The position numbers were made by a program, and so were the translations under genes. Positions 22,488 to 32,636 of a stretch of 64,000 nucleotides of DNA are shown piece after piece. Numbering within the stretch: position 1 is the first letter of the stretch; the number at the start of each line of letters is the position of its first letter. A model generated the notes under the pieces. The model worked only from the letters and a program-made list of their open reading frames with translations, was not told the origin of the DNA and made no database searches. The DNA is from an uncultured Planctomycetaceae bacterium. Lineage in GTDB: Bacteria > Planctomycetota > Planctomycetia > Isosphaerales > Isosphaeraceae. The stretch spans positions 2,176,001-2,240,000 of the forward strand of contig CAWIAD010000001.1 of the NCBI GenBank assembly GCA_963833985.1, read 5' to 3'.

Positions 22488-23026
22488 GACGCCAGCTCCC
22501 GCACCGAGGCTTCACCCTGCGGCGCCTGCACCCGGGGAATGCTCCGGAACCCGCCGTGGGAGTTCAGGTAGTCGCGCTCCAGCGAGTGCATCATGTCGCT
22601 GCCGCTCTCCGTGGCATCGTCGTATCCGCAAAGGTGGAGAACACCATGGGCAACATAGAGCGCCAGCTCCGCTTCGGCTTGCTCACCGAGCTCGGCAGCG
22701 CTGGCGGCTGCCATCTCGGCCGAGACGACCAGCTCTCCCGATAGTCCCTCAGCGCTGTTCCCCGAGAGGTTGAAGCTGATGACGTCGGTGGCCCAGTCGT
22801 GACCAAGATGCTGACGATTGATACGGTGGATGGTGGAATTGTCAACCAGGGCAATCGAGACCTCTCCGCGCTCGATCCCCTCGCTCCGCAGGATCAGGCG
22901 AGCCAGCCGGGCCAGGCCCGCGGCGTCAACGGGCAGAAAGCCCTGCGTGCTCGAGACCTCGACGCGGATGGCATTGGGTTCGGTGCCGTGCGGATGGCGG
23001 AACCGGGAACGGGCGGGCGTGGACAT
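22484..23026 (-). CDS. ybeY: rRNA maturation endoribonuclease YbeY
   Basis: TDVISF and HGVLHLCGYDD metal-binding motif; phoH operon context. Start uncertain. Confidence 0.92.
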   Translation of the reverse strand: MSTPARSRFRHPHGTEPNAIRVEVSSTQGFLPVDAAGLARLARLILRSEGIERGEVSIALVDNSTIHRINRQHLGHDWATDVISFNLSGNSAEGLSGELVVSAEMAAASAAELGEQAEAELALYVAHGVLHLCGYDDATESGSDMMHSLERDYLNSHGGFRSIPRVQAPQGEASVRELAS

Positions 23027-23048
23027 GAGGCTGGGGCTCGCGCGGTGC

Positions 23049-25289
23049 TCAGGCGGTTCGTTGTTCGGGATACTTGACGCGGCCATGGTAAATGCCGATG
23101 AGTGACTTGATCAGGCTTTCACGGATCTCGGCGATCTCGCGCAGGGTCAGGCCGCATTCATCAAACTGTCCGTCACGGAGGCGCTTGTCGATGAGGTCGC
23201 TGACCAGGCCCTCGATGCGCGAAGGGGTCGGCTCGGAGAGCGTGCGGCTGGCGCTCTCCACCGAGTCGGCCATCATCAGAATTCCGGCCTCGCGAGTCTG
23301 CGGCTTGGGACCGGGATAGCGGAAGGCGCTCTCGTGCACGGTCGAGCCGTCCGGGCAGGCGCCGTTACGGCGGTTGGCTTCATGGAAGAAGTACTCCACC
23401 AGCGTCGTGCCGTGATGCTGTTCGATGAGGTCGATGATAGGCTCGGGCAGGTGGTGCTGACGGCCAAGGTCCACGCCGTCCTTCACGTGGCCGATGATGA
23501 TCAGCGTGCTCATCGCCGGAGCCAGGTTGGCGTGACGGCTAGTCGAGCCCACCTGGTTCTCCACGAAATAGTGCGGCTTGAGCATCTTGCCGATATCGTG
23601 AAAGTACGCACCGATACGAACCAGCAGGGCATTGGCGCCGATGCGCTCGGCCGCGGCCTCGGCTATGGCGCCCACGGTGATGGAGTGGTTGTGCGTCCCT
23701 GGAGCGCGGCGGACGAGCTCCTGCAACAACGGGTGCGTGATATCGCCCAGCTCCAGCAGGCTGATGCCGGTGACAATTCCGAAGGCGTTCTCAAGAAACG
23801 GCAAGCTGCCGCCCAGGAAGAAGCCGGCCATGAGCCCCCAGCCGGCACGCCAGAGACCGTCGCTGCGCACCAGGTCCATGGGCTGATGCTCCCAGAGACC
23901 GGCCGCCCAGGTGAGAAGCAGGTAGCCCAGGGCCGCCGTGGCGCCGACCTTGATGAGCTTGGTGCGGGTGCGCACCTCGTTCAGCGCCAACGCGCCGGCG
24001 GCGGTTCCGCCCATGACCACCAGGAAGTACGAGATGCCGCTCCCCAGCGTCATGCAAGTCAGCAGGGAGAGACCAAAGCTGGCCATGAGCGCGAAGTTCG
24101 GTCCATAGGCAATGGCGAAAATCATGGCCGCGATGGCGACAGGCACGATCTCGGCATTCCAGGTCTGGTTGGCCAGCAGCCGGACGGTCGCCAGGCAGAG
24201 CACGGCCAGTCCGCACACCGTGGCGATATGCTTCAGGTCGCCGGCGATCCGCGGTTCGTGCCAGAAGATGTAGTAGGCTGTCAGCAGAAAAAGCGCGGTG
24301 ACCAGCCCGAGGATGCCCACGGCGCGGCGCAGCCGGTCGCCCAGCGTCAGCGCGAGCCGCCCGGCCTCGTGTTCCATCTTCAGAAGGATGAGCTGTTCCT
24401 CGCTGATCGGCTGGCCCTGTTCCACCAGCACCTCGCTCTGGGTGTAGGTGTCGAAATGATCGCTGACGCTGGCACGCGCCTGGTCGCGCAGCTTGGCGGT
24501 GATCTCCGGCTCGTAGGTCAGCGTCGGGCGGCTGTCGATGCGATCGGCGAGGAGCTGGAAGAGAACCTCACCGGTACGGGGCGCCGTGAATGCCAGGACG
24601 AAGTCCTGCTGCACGGGGCCGCCCGGCTTGACAATTCGCTCCGGCACAACTCGTTCCCGGGGCACTGGGCGGGCTTCCGACCAGGGCCGGCCGACGTTGT
24701 GAATCGCCAGCATGGAGCTCGATTCCTCGGTGCGCGGCAGCGCTTCGGGGCCCAGGACCCCATGCTCCACCAGCGGCAGGAAAGCCTTCTGAAGCTGGGC
24801 ATGGAGGTTGTCCCGGCGTTGCGGCGTGTCGGTGGCCGCCTTGATGTCCAGGTAGGCCTCGGGCTTGAGCTTCCAGGTCGTCCGCACGGTCTCCGGCACG
24901 TCCTCGAAACGGCTCGACTTGGCGATGGTCACCGTCAGGTCGTCGAGCCGGTCTTCCAGGTCCTTGATGGGTGCGGGATCGTTGACCATCGACGGCGGCA
25001 CCTTGTCGGCCGAGACTTGGCGCTCGTTGCTGGTCTTCGTCAGGTTGCGGACCTTGAACTCCTTGACGTTGACCCGGATCTCCCGGTCGGGCCGCTCGCC
25101 GAGGCGAAAGCAGAAGGGAGGCCCGGAGCCATGCACGATCGCGGCGCAGGTCACCACGGTGAGTGCCACGACCGACGCGCAGATGAAGCGGGTGCGTTGG
25201 CGTGCCAGGCGGCTCTGCTTGGTCGATGCGGAGGGAAGGGTCCGGAGCTGGGCCCTGGGTAGTTTCGGGCGGCGTTTACCAATGCTCAT
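23049..25289 (-). CDS. 7TM-HD phosphohydrolase (PgpH-like)
   Basis: Extracytoplasmic domain, 7 TM helices, APGTHNHS, YFHDIGK, HHGTTL, FRYPGPKPQ, ADSVESASR. Confidence 0.92.
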   Translation of the reverse strand: MSIGKRRPKLPRAQLRTLPSASTKQSRLARQRTRFICASVVALTVVTCAAIVHGSGPPFCFRLGERPDREIRVNVKEFKVRNLTKTSNERQVSADKVPPSMVNDPAPIKDLEDRLDDLTVTIAKSSRFEDVPETVRTTWKLKPEAYLDIKAATDTPQRRDNLHAQLQKAFLPLVEHGVLGPEALPRTEESSSMLAIHNVGRPWSEARPVPRERVVPERIVKPGGPVQQDFVLAFTAPRTGEVLFQLLADRIDSRPTLTYEPEITAKLRDQARASVSDHFDTYTQSEVLVEQGQPISEEQLILLKMEHEAGRLALTLGDRLRRAVGILGLVTALFLLTAYYIFWHEPRIAGDLKHIATVCGLAVLCLATVRLLANQTWNAEIVPVAIAAMIFAIAYGPNFALMASFGLSLLTCMTLGSGISYFLVVMGGTAAGALALNEVRTRTKLIKVGATAALGYLLLTWAAGLWEHQPMDLVRSDGLWRAGWGLMAGFFLGGSLPFLENAFGIVTGISLLELGDITHPLLQELVRRAPGTHNHSITVGAIAEAAAERIGANALLVRIGAYFHDIGKMLKPHYFVENQVGSTSRHANLAPAMSTLIIIGHVKDGVDLGRQHHLPEPIIDLIEQHHGTTLVEYFFHEANRRNGACPDGSTVHESAFRYPGPKPQTREAGILMMADSVESASRTLSEPTPSRIEGLVSDLIDKRLRDGQFDECGLTLREIAEIRESLIKSLIGIYHGRVKYPEQRTA

Positions 25290-25456
25290 GGAAGCGTCTC
25301 AATCGGCGTGGTCGGCGGTCTGTCGCCCCACGCTGAGATGTGCCGGTGCCACGTGGCACCCGCTTCGCGAAACCAGCACGCACCCTGTATCAGCCCCCGA
25401 AGTTCGATGACTTTCTCCCTGGCGGGGGACACCGATGCGATCGCTTCCGCGCCGCC

Positions 25457-26494
25457 TCACCCCGAGGCGGACGAACCGGATGGTGACATCGTCTGAGGGC
25501 CAGACTCCTGTTCCGGCGGGTCGGATCGAACCTCGCGATCCCGGCTCGGCTCCTCATCCTCGTACGCATTGACGATTGCCTGCACCAGCGGGTGTCGAAC
25601 GATATCCGCACGGTCCAGCAAAACCGTCGCGACACCCGCGACGTTGCAGAGACGGTCGATGGCGTCGGCTAGCCCGCTGCGGATCGACGGCGGCAGATCA
25701 ACCTGCGTGACGTCACCGGTGACCACGATGCGAGCGTTCTGGCCCATGCGGGTCAGGAACATCTTCATCTGCGGAACAGTCGCGTTCTGTCCCTCGTCGA
25801 GAATGATCATCGCGTCGTTCAGCGTCCTCCCCCGCATGTAAGCCAGGGGAGCGATCTCGATCAGGTCGTTGTCCATGTAGCGTCGAATCTGGTCATAATC
25901 GATCAGGTCATGCAGCGCGTCGAGCAACGGACGGAGATAGGGGTTGATCTTGGCCTCGAGGTCTCCCGGAAGAAACCCGAGATGCTCTCCCGCCTCGACG
26001 GCGGGACGGACCAGCACGATACGCTTGATTCGCCCTTTTCGCAAGGCGGTAACAGCCAGGGCTACCGCGAGGTAGGTCTTGCCCGTTCCCGCGGGGCCCA
26101 CGCAAAGCACCAGCTCGTTCTCCTGAAGGGCTTTCAAATAGCGTGCCTGACCGTCTGACCTGGGACGGACCACGCGGTTGCCTTCGCGAATCTCCAGCGC
26201 CCCTGTGCTGGTTTGCTCGTCATCACGCAGTGACTTATCAATGAGATCCGCCACATCAGAGGACTGGATTGTCCGTCGTGACCGGTGCAGCAGGCGCAGG
26301 TTCTCAAAGATCTGCCTGGCCTTCTCGACCCGATCGGACTCACCCTCGACACGCACTTCACCGTGCCTGGCCAGCACCTTGACCCCGAGGGCATCTCGAA
26401 CCTGCCGCAGATGCTGGTCGCGACTGCCGAATACCGCAAGCTCCTCCGCATGACCTTCAAGACTGATCGTCGCTTCCGACATTCCCGACCTCAA
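25457..26494 (-). CDS. phoH: PhoH-family ATPase
   Basis: GPAGTGKTYLA, RPAVEAGEHLGFLPG, PLAYMRGRTL, LDEGQN, GDVTQVDL, IVRHPLV. Confidence 0.95.
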   Translation of the reverse strand: MRSGMSEATISLEGHAEELAVFGSRDQHLRQVRDALGVKVLARHGEVRVEGESDRVEKARQIFENLRLLHRSRRTIQSSDVADLIDKSLRDDEQTSTGALEIREGNRVVRPRSDGQARYLKALQENELVLCVGPAGTGKTYLAVALAVTALRKGRIKRIVLVRPAVEAGEHLGFLPGDLEAKINPYLRPLLDALHDLIDYDQIRRYMDNDLIEIAPLAYMRGRTLNDAMIILDEGQNATVPQMKMFLTRMGQNARIVVTGDVTQVDLPPSIRSGLADAIDRLCNVAGVATVLLDRADIVRHPLVQAIVNAYEDEEPSRDREVRSDPPEQESGPQTMSPSGSSASG

Positions 26495-26719
26495 ACGGCC
26501 GCCGTGAATCGTGCAGAACCGCGAGACCGGGTTTGATCACCCGGAGCGGACTGAATCGCGGGGCGGCAACCTCTTTTTATTATGGTATCGAATAGGGGGA
26601 AAAAACCAGCATTCGAAAAAAAAGGGGCTGGCCGCCAAACCAAGCTTGCAACCCGCGATCCAAATCAAGATAGACGCGACAATTGTGACATTCCTGCCGG
26701 ATCCGGCTGGTGCTCTGAT

Positions 26720-27631
26720 TCAAGGACCGATGGCGACCCAGTAGGCGTAGCCCACCGGGCCGGCAAAGAGGAGCGAGTCCAGGATATCCAGCACGCCTCC
26801 AAATCCAGGGACCGCCGAGGAGGCGTCTTTCCGTGCCGAGTCGCGCTTGATCATCGATTCCATGAGATCGCCAAGCTGGGCGGCGATACCCACGAGGATG
26901 CCGAAGCCGATCGCCTCGAACCGGCCCAGAACAGGGGCATGCAGCACGTCGCCGGCCAGGGCGGTGACGATCAATGCCGCAGCGACCGCGAAGAGCATCC
27001 CACCCGCGGCGCCTTCCATGGTCTTGTTCGGGCTCAGGCTGGGCCAGAGCTTGTGCCTGCCGGCAAACCTGCCCACAAAGTACGCGCCCGTATCCGCCCC
27101 CTTGGCGGTCGCAATCAACATGATCAACGGCACCAGCCCGTGGTATGGTCCCTGTAGCCAGCGCAGCTGGAGAACGAACGTGCCAAGGAGCCCCACGTAG
27201 GCCACGACCAGGATGGATCCGGCGATGGTGGCCGTCGTTTTGCCGGGCTTGACGAACTGGACGCTCTGCACCAGGAAGCTGACCATGAGAACACCCACGA
27301 ACGTGAGCAGCGGCCAGGAGAGCGAAGCCAGCGGCTGCGCCGGCATGGTGGCGAGCAGTCCCGGCTGCGATTGGGCGTTCAGGTAGTCCGCGACATGGGG
27401 CATCCAGTTGGCCGTGACGATGGCCATCACTCCGCCCAGGACCGAGTTCAGGGAGGGCGCGCATCCCGCGGCCGCCAGCAATCCTGCAAGTTCCACGGCC
27501 GCGGCCCCCATGCCCAGCATCGCCACCAGCAGCCAGAGCGGGAACCAGGGAGCGAACCACTCGTCCAGGAAGAGCACCCCGAGCAGCAAGGCGACCAGTG
27601 AGAGACCGATGAAGACGCGCGTGCCGAGCAT
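26720..27631 (-). CDS. cdsA: Phosphatidate cytidylyltransferase
   Basis: DTGAYFVG, SPNKTMEG, GDLMESMIKR, KDAS, PGFGGVLDILDS. Confidence 0.94.
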   Translation of the reverse strand: MLGTRVFIGLSLVALLLGVLFLDEWFAPWFPLWLLVAMLGMGAAAVELAGLLAAAGCAPSLNSVLGGVMAIVTANWMPHVADYLNAQSQPGLLATMPAQPLASLSWPLLTFVGVLMVSFLVQSVQFVKPGKTTATIAGSILVVAYVGLLGTFVLQLRWLQGPYHGLVPLIMLIATAKGADTGAYFVGRFAGRHKLWPSLSPNKTMEGAAGGMLFAVAAALIVTALAGDVLHAPVLGRFEAIGFGILVGIAAQLGDLMESMIKRDSARKDASSAVPGFGGVLDILDSLLFAGPVGYAYWVAIGP

Positions 27632-27728
27632 GTTGAAGGGAAGGCCCAGGTGGTCTGGCAAGGAAGCGGGCTGCAAGCGTCGTGGCAAGCCATGCCGGCA
27701 AGCGCCGGGGGTTCCGGACCTAGACACT

Positions 27729-28537
27729 CTACACCACGGTGGATTCTTCCGCCAGTGAGGCAGGCAGTCCGCCGAACTTTCGCTCGCGCCCGGCGTAGGC
27801 CGAGCAGGCCTCCAGCAGGTCGTTCTCGCGGAAATCGGGCCAGAGCGTGGGAGTCACCCAGAGCTCGGTATAGGAGATCTGCCAGAGCAGGAAGTTACTG
27901 ATCCTCATCTCGCCGGCCGTGCGGATCAACAAATCCGGATCGGTCATCCCCCGCGTGTTCAGGTAGGATTCGAAGAGGCTCTCATCCACCTGCGCGGGAT
28001 CGATGCGGCCCGCGCGCACGTCGAGCGCCAGCCTCGCGCGGCGTCGCCGATTTCGGTCCGGCCGCCATAGTTCACCGCCAGGCAAAGGATCATGCCCGTG
28101 TTGCCTGCCGTCTCCCGCGTGGTCCGGTCGAACTCGGCGAGCACTTCCGGCGGCAGTCCCTCGCGCCGGCCGATCATCCGCAGCCGGACGTTCTGATCCA
28201 TCAGCTCGGCGCGCTCCACGATCAGGAAGTGACGCAGCAGCCTCATGAGGAACCTGAGCTCGCGTGGCGGCCGCTTCCAGTTCTCGACCGAGAAGCAATA
28301 GAGAGTGAGCTGCTGGAGACCCAGGCGGCAGCCTTCCTCGACCACGGCTCGGACGCTCTGGATGCCGCGCCGGTGCCCCACGATCCGCGGCAGACCACGG
28401 CGCTGGGCCCAGCGCCCGTTGCCGTCCATGATGATCGCCACGTGGCGAGGCAGCTGCTCGGGTTTCAGGCCGACCGCCGCGATGCGTGCCAGCCCTTCAT
28501 CGGTGATGCCGGCGCCTTCTCGGAATCCTGAGTGCAT
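27729..28537 (-). CDS. uppS: Undecaprenyl/polyprenyl diphosphate synthase (frameshift ~28036)
   Basis: HVAIIMDGNGRWA, FSVENWKRP, NYGGR, then DPDLLIRTAGEMRISNFLLWQ in the second frame. Confidence 0.95.
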
Positions 28538-28597
28538 GACTTCCTCGGTGAACGAAAGCGGGCCCGGCGGGCGCGGTCCTCCCGGCGCGGATTGCGA

Positions 28598-29899
28598 TCA
28601 GGCGTCTCTGCCCGCGGCCACCGCGATGGTCTGTCGCCGATCCGGGCCAACCGAAACAATCGACGCCGGTATGCCCACCTGCCGCGAGAGAAACTCGACG
28701 TAGTTCCTGGCATTCCTGGGCAGGTCCGCCCAGCTCCGGACCCCGGTGATATCTTCCGGCCAGCCGGGCAACGAGTCGTAGACCGGCTGGCAGTGCTCGA
28801 AGTCGGCCAGCGACGCGGGCAGGTCGGTCACGCGCTGGCCGTCCCGCTGGTAGGCCACGGCCACCTTCAGCTCCTCGATGCCGCCGAGCACGTCCAGGAG
28901 CATGATCGCGATCTCGCTGGATCCGCAAATCCTGGCCGAATAGCGCACGGCGACGGCGTCGAACCACCCGCACCGCCGGGGCCGGCCGGTGACGGTTCCA
29001 TATTCCCGGCCCACGGTACGAATTCGTTCGCCGGTCTCGTTATCCTGCTCGGTGGGAAACGGCCCTCCGCCCACACGGGTCGTGTACGCCTTGACCACGC
29101 CGATCCAGCGGTCGATGTTCCGGGTGGGCACTCCCGATCCGGCCGCAATCCCCGCGGCGCTGCTGTTGGAACTGGTCACGTACGGGTAACTGCCGTGGTC
29201 GATATCCAGCAGCGACCCCTGAGCGCCTTCGAATAGCAGCCGCTTGCCCCTGGCCAGCGATGCGTGCAGCCAGGCGGTCGTATCCCGCACAAAGGGGCGC
29301 AGTTGCTCGGCGTGCTGGAGGTACTCGTCGGCCACCGCCTTGGCGTCAAAGGGCTCGAAATCGGGTAGCATGGCCGCCAGCAAGCGGTTCTTGAAGGCGA
29401 TGATGCGGTCCAGTCGCTCTCGAAAGACGGCCGGGTGGAACAGGTCGGTCATGCGCACGCCGTGCACCCGGCCCACCTTGTCGCGATAGCAGGGACCGAT
29501 GCCACGGAGCGTGGTTCCCAGGTGGTCGGCTTTCGACGCCGACTCCTCTGTGAGGCGCTCCTCCGCCAAATGGTACGGCAAGATGACGTGCGCCCGGTCG
29601 CTGATGTGAAGCCGCTCGCCAAAATGGACGCCTTGCGACTCGAGCCGGGTGATCTCCTTCAGGAGCGCCGGGGGATGGATGACCACTCCGTTGCCAATCA
29701 CGCAATCAATTCCCGCACGCAGGATGCCGGTGGGAACCAGCGAGAGCTTGTAGGTCACCCCCTCGTGCACCACCGTGTGACCCGCGTTGGCCCCTCCCTG
29801 ATAGCGGACGACCACGTCGTGCTGGTCACACAGCAAATCGACGATCTTTCCCTTGGCCTCATCGCCCCACTGGAGGCCCACGACGCAGCTCGAGCCCAC
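28598..29899 (-). CDS. purA: Adenylosuccinate synthetase
   Basis: GLQWGDEAKGK, QGGANAGHT, FEGAQG, YPYVTSS, GTVTGRPRRCGW; GTG start at 29899. Confidence 0.97.
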   Translation of the reverse strand: MGSSCVVGLQWGDEAKGKIVDLLCDQHDVVVRYQGGANAGHTVVHEGVTYKLSLVPTGILRAGIDCVIGNGVVIHPPALLKEITRLESQGVHFGERLHISDRAHVILPYHLAEERLTEESASKADHLGTTLRGIGPCYRDKVGRVHGVRMTDLFHPAVFRERLDRIIAFKNRLLAAMLPDFEPFDAKAVADEYLQHAEQLRPFVRDTTAWLHASLARGKRLLFEGAQGSLLDIDHGSYPYVTSSNSSAAGIAAGSGVPTRNIDRWIGVVKAYTTRVGGGPFPTEQDNETGERIRTVGREYGTVTGRPRRCGWFDAVAVRYSARICGSSEIAIMLLDVLGGIEELKVAVAYQRDGQRVTDLPASLADFEHCQPVYDSLPGWPEDITGVRSWADLPRNARNYVEFLSRQVGIPASIVSVGPDRRQTIAVAAGRDA

Positions 29900-30181
29900 G
29901 GCATTCCGCTCCGATCCAGTCGGCGACCGTCGCCAGTCGCTTGGCATTGTAAAGTTACAGGGTAACGCGGGGATTCTGCGTCGTCAATCGCGGCGGTCCG
30001 CACCTCTTTCGTCCCGCGCTCGCTTTGGCCATACTGGAATCGAGGTGCCGGGTTTGCGCGCCTTGAGCTTTCCGCTTCAACCCGACGCAGGGTGCCCGGC
30101 CATCCGCCTCGGCGCGATACCGGTACGAATCGGGACATGGTGCGGATGGGCGAGTGCTGCCGCAAGCGAAAGGGTGGATCG

Positions 30182-31420
30182 ATGCGCACAGTTCTTGTCG
30201 GATTCACAGCCCTGCTGTGGGCCATCACGGCCGCAAAAATGAGCCATGCCGGGGACCTGGCCCCGCCTGTGCACGTTCTGGCCGGAGGGCAGGCAGTGGA
30301 TGTGGCACGGGTCGGCCACGCCGCTCCTTGCTACGGCGATGTGGACGGAGACGGCGTCAAGGACCTCCTTGTCGGCCAGTTTGACGACGGGCGGATGAGG
30401 ATCTACCGCAACCTCGGTACGAATGCGAGTCCCCGGTTCGATGGCTACGAGTGGTTCGAGGCCGGCGGCAGGGTCGGGACCGTCCCGGCGGGGTGATGCA
30501 TCGGCTTCACTCCACAGTTGGTGGACCTCGATCGTGACGGCAGACTCGATGTCCTCTCCGGCTCCTGGCCTGGTGAGATCTTCTGGTTTCGCGGCCTGGG
30601 CCAGGGCAGGTTCGCCGCCGGCGTGACTCTCCTGGCAGCTTCCGGAATGGCCGTGAACGTCGGCCATGCGGCCTCGGCCTCGGCTTGCGACTGGGACGGG
30701 GACGGCGATTGCGACCTGATCGTGGGCAACATCCTGGGTGAGGTTCATCTCCTGCGCAATCTCGGCCCGGCGTCCTCGCCTCGGTTCGTTACTGCGGGTC
30801 GGCTCGAGGCCGCCGGAGAGCCGATTGCCATGGCTTCTGGCGATAGCGCTCCGGTCGTGGCCGACTGGGACGACGACGCCAGAACCGACCTGGTCATCGG
30901 CTGCGGCGATGGCAGCGTGGTCTGGTTTCGCAATGTAGGCAAGCCAGGCTCACCGCGGCTGGCCGCGGCGCAAACGCTCGTCTCTGCCAGCAAGCTGGGC
31001 TGGAACTACGACGCGGCGCGCAAGCCGGGACAGTGGGGAGCGCGGGCGAAGGTCTGCGTGACGGACTGGAACGGCGACGGCAAGCTCGACCTCTTGCTGG
31101 GCGACCTCTGCGCGGGGCATCTGGGTAAACCCGCCCAGACCGATGCCGAGAAACGCGAAGAGATCGCGGCTCGGGATGAGCTGCCCCGGCTCAAGGAGAG
31201 ATGGGTCGCCACTTATGAGGAATACGGGGAACTGCGTCAGCGGATCGCCACCGGGAAGGCTTCGGCCGGGGAGGATGATGGGAAAGCCGGCGAGTTACAG
31301 GCTGCGATGAAGCGAATCAAGGAGGAGATCGTGGCGGTGCAGAAGACCCAGGCGCGGTACAAGCCGGGGTACCAGTACCACGGCTTCGTGCGGGTGTTCC
31401 TGAGAACGGGGCCGAGCTGA
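30182..31420 (+). CDS. Secreted FG-GAP/VCBS-repeat protein, probable selenoprotein (in-frame TGA 30494-30496)
   Basis: ORFs 30092..30496 and 30518..31420 share a frame. Readthrough gives signal peptide, DVDGDGVKDLLVG, VPAG-U-CIGFTPQLVDLDRDGRLD, then further DWDGDG/DWNGDG repeats. Confidence 0.75.
30500..30532 (+). promoter_or_regulatory. Candidate bacterial SECIS hairpin
   Basis: Upper stem TCCAC (30511-15)/GTGGA (30521-25) with loop AGTTG, 19 nt after the UGA; lower stem ATCGG/TCGAT. Confidence 0.55.
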
Positions 31421-31459
31421 CACTCCACGGTCAGCCGGGCCCCGGAAACGTCCCGCGCA

Positions 31460-32618
31460 TCAGAACCGTCCCCGCAGATCGATGATGGCGTCGCCGTTCT
31501 GGGGGAGCATGTCGAAGCGGTTGTCGGGAACTTTGTTCACCGTAAGACTCTGGACATGGATCTCCTCGAGCATGACCGGCCTGTCCTTGAGATCGGGATG
31601 CGGCCTGGCGGTGAAGCTCTCTCGCCGGATGGTCATGGGCAGCCAGATCCCCGGCTCGACCTGCTTCAGGTCTGCCGTGATCCAGCGGTTATGGACCCTG
31701 CCGTCGAGTGCCATCTCGCGCTTCCGCGGCACCAGGCCGTGGTCGCGGTCAAGCCAGATCCGGTCCGTGTACTCGCCCTTGAAGAAGCCGGGCTCGATGA
31801 ACGAATTCAGGTTCCCCTTCAGGACCACGCAGGTTGCGCCGTCGACGACCTGGGTCTTCGGTTCCAGCTCGTACGAGTGGTTCTTGATCCATTCAGCGAG
31901 CTGGAAGATCGCCTGACTCTTGCGCAGGTTCGCTGCCCGCGGGGTCAGGGACGTGCAGGCCCACGGCACCAAGGTAGGAGGACACCTGGAAGAAGTTCGG
32001 CTGCGAGGTGGTCGACCAGACCTCGTAGGAGAAGCCCTTCGGTTCTATCGCCCTGCGGCTCCAGAGCGTCTTCCCGTTGTAGCCGTACGTCACGTCCTGG
32101 TCGCTCCGCGGGCGCACGGACGGGTCACGCCTGCGCATGATCTTGGCCCCCCGAGCCTCGTTGGCCTTCATGCTGGCGATGGCCCGGTCGTATTGCTCCT
32201 TGAGCTTCTTCTGGTTCTCCTTGATGAGCGGGGGCGCGTCGGCCGCGGGCTCGGTCGGGACGAACAGGCCGTTCTCGTCGACGGAAGACAGGTAGGTGAC
32301 GTGCTCAGGCTGGATCTGCCGCCGGTACCGCATCGGACCCTTGAACGCCTCGTCCCACTCGTCGCTGGGCAGGAACATCTGGTTCATGTACTCCGGGAGA
32401 GCGCGCAGCTTGTCGGGACTGAGGTTGCTGGTGGTCTCCAGCTTGTAGTGAACCTCAAGGCTCTTGATCCGCTCGACCTGGTGCGCGAGCTGCGCCTTGA
32501 TGGCGCGGGTCTCCGCTGATTCCGGAGCCTGCTCGCGGGCGGCGAAGGCCAGCCCGGCCGCAAGCGCCGAGGCCCCCAGAAAGAGGGTGCTGATCTGTTT
32601 CACCTGGATTCGGTTCAT
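31460..32618 (-). CDS. Secreted hypothetical protein, possibly LolA-like fold (frameshift ~31940)
   Basis: Signal peptide; C-terminal QVVDGATCVVL, RIWLDRDHG, GIWLP, VNKVPDNRF pattern; third gene of the ECF operon. Confidence 0.6.
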
Positions 32619-32636
32619 CGGTGGTCTCCCGGTCGT

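Noticed and set aside
26615..26645. Possible terminator after cdsA (T-tract on the minus strand)
   Set aside because: The preceding stem is weak and bulged; it could equally be part of the AT-rich phoH promoter region.
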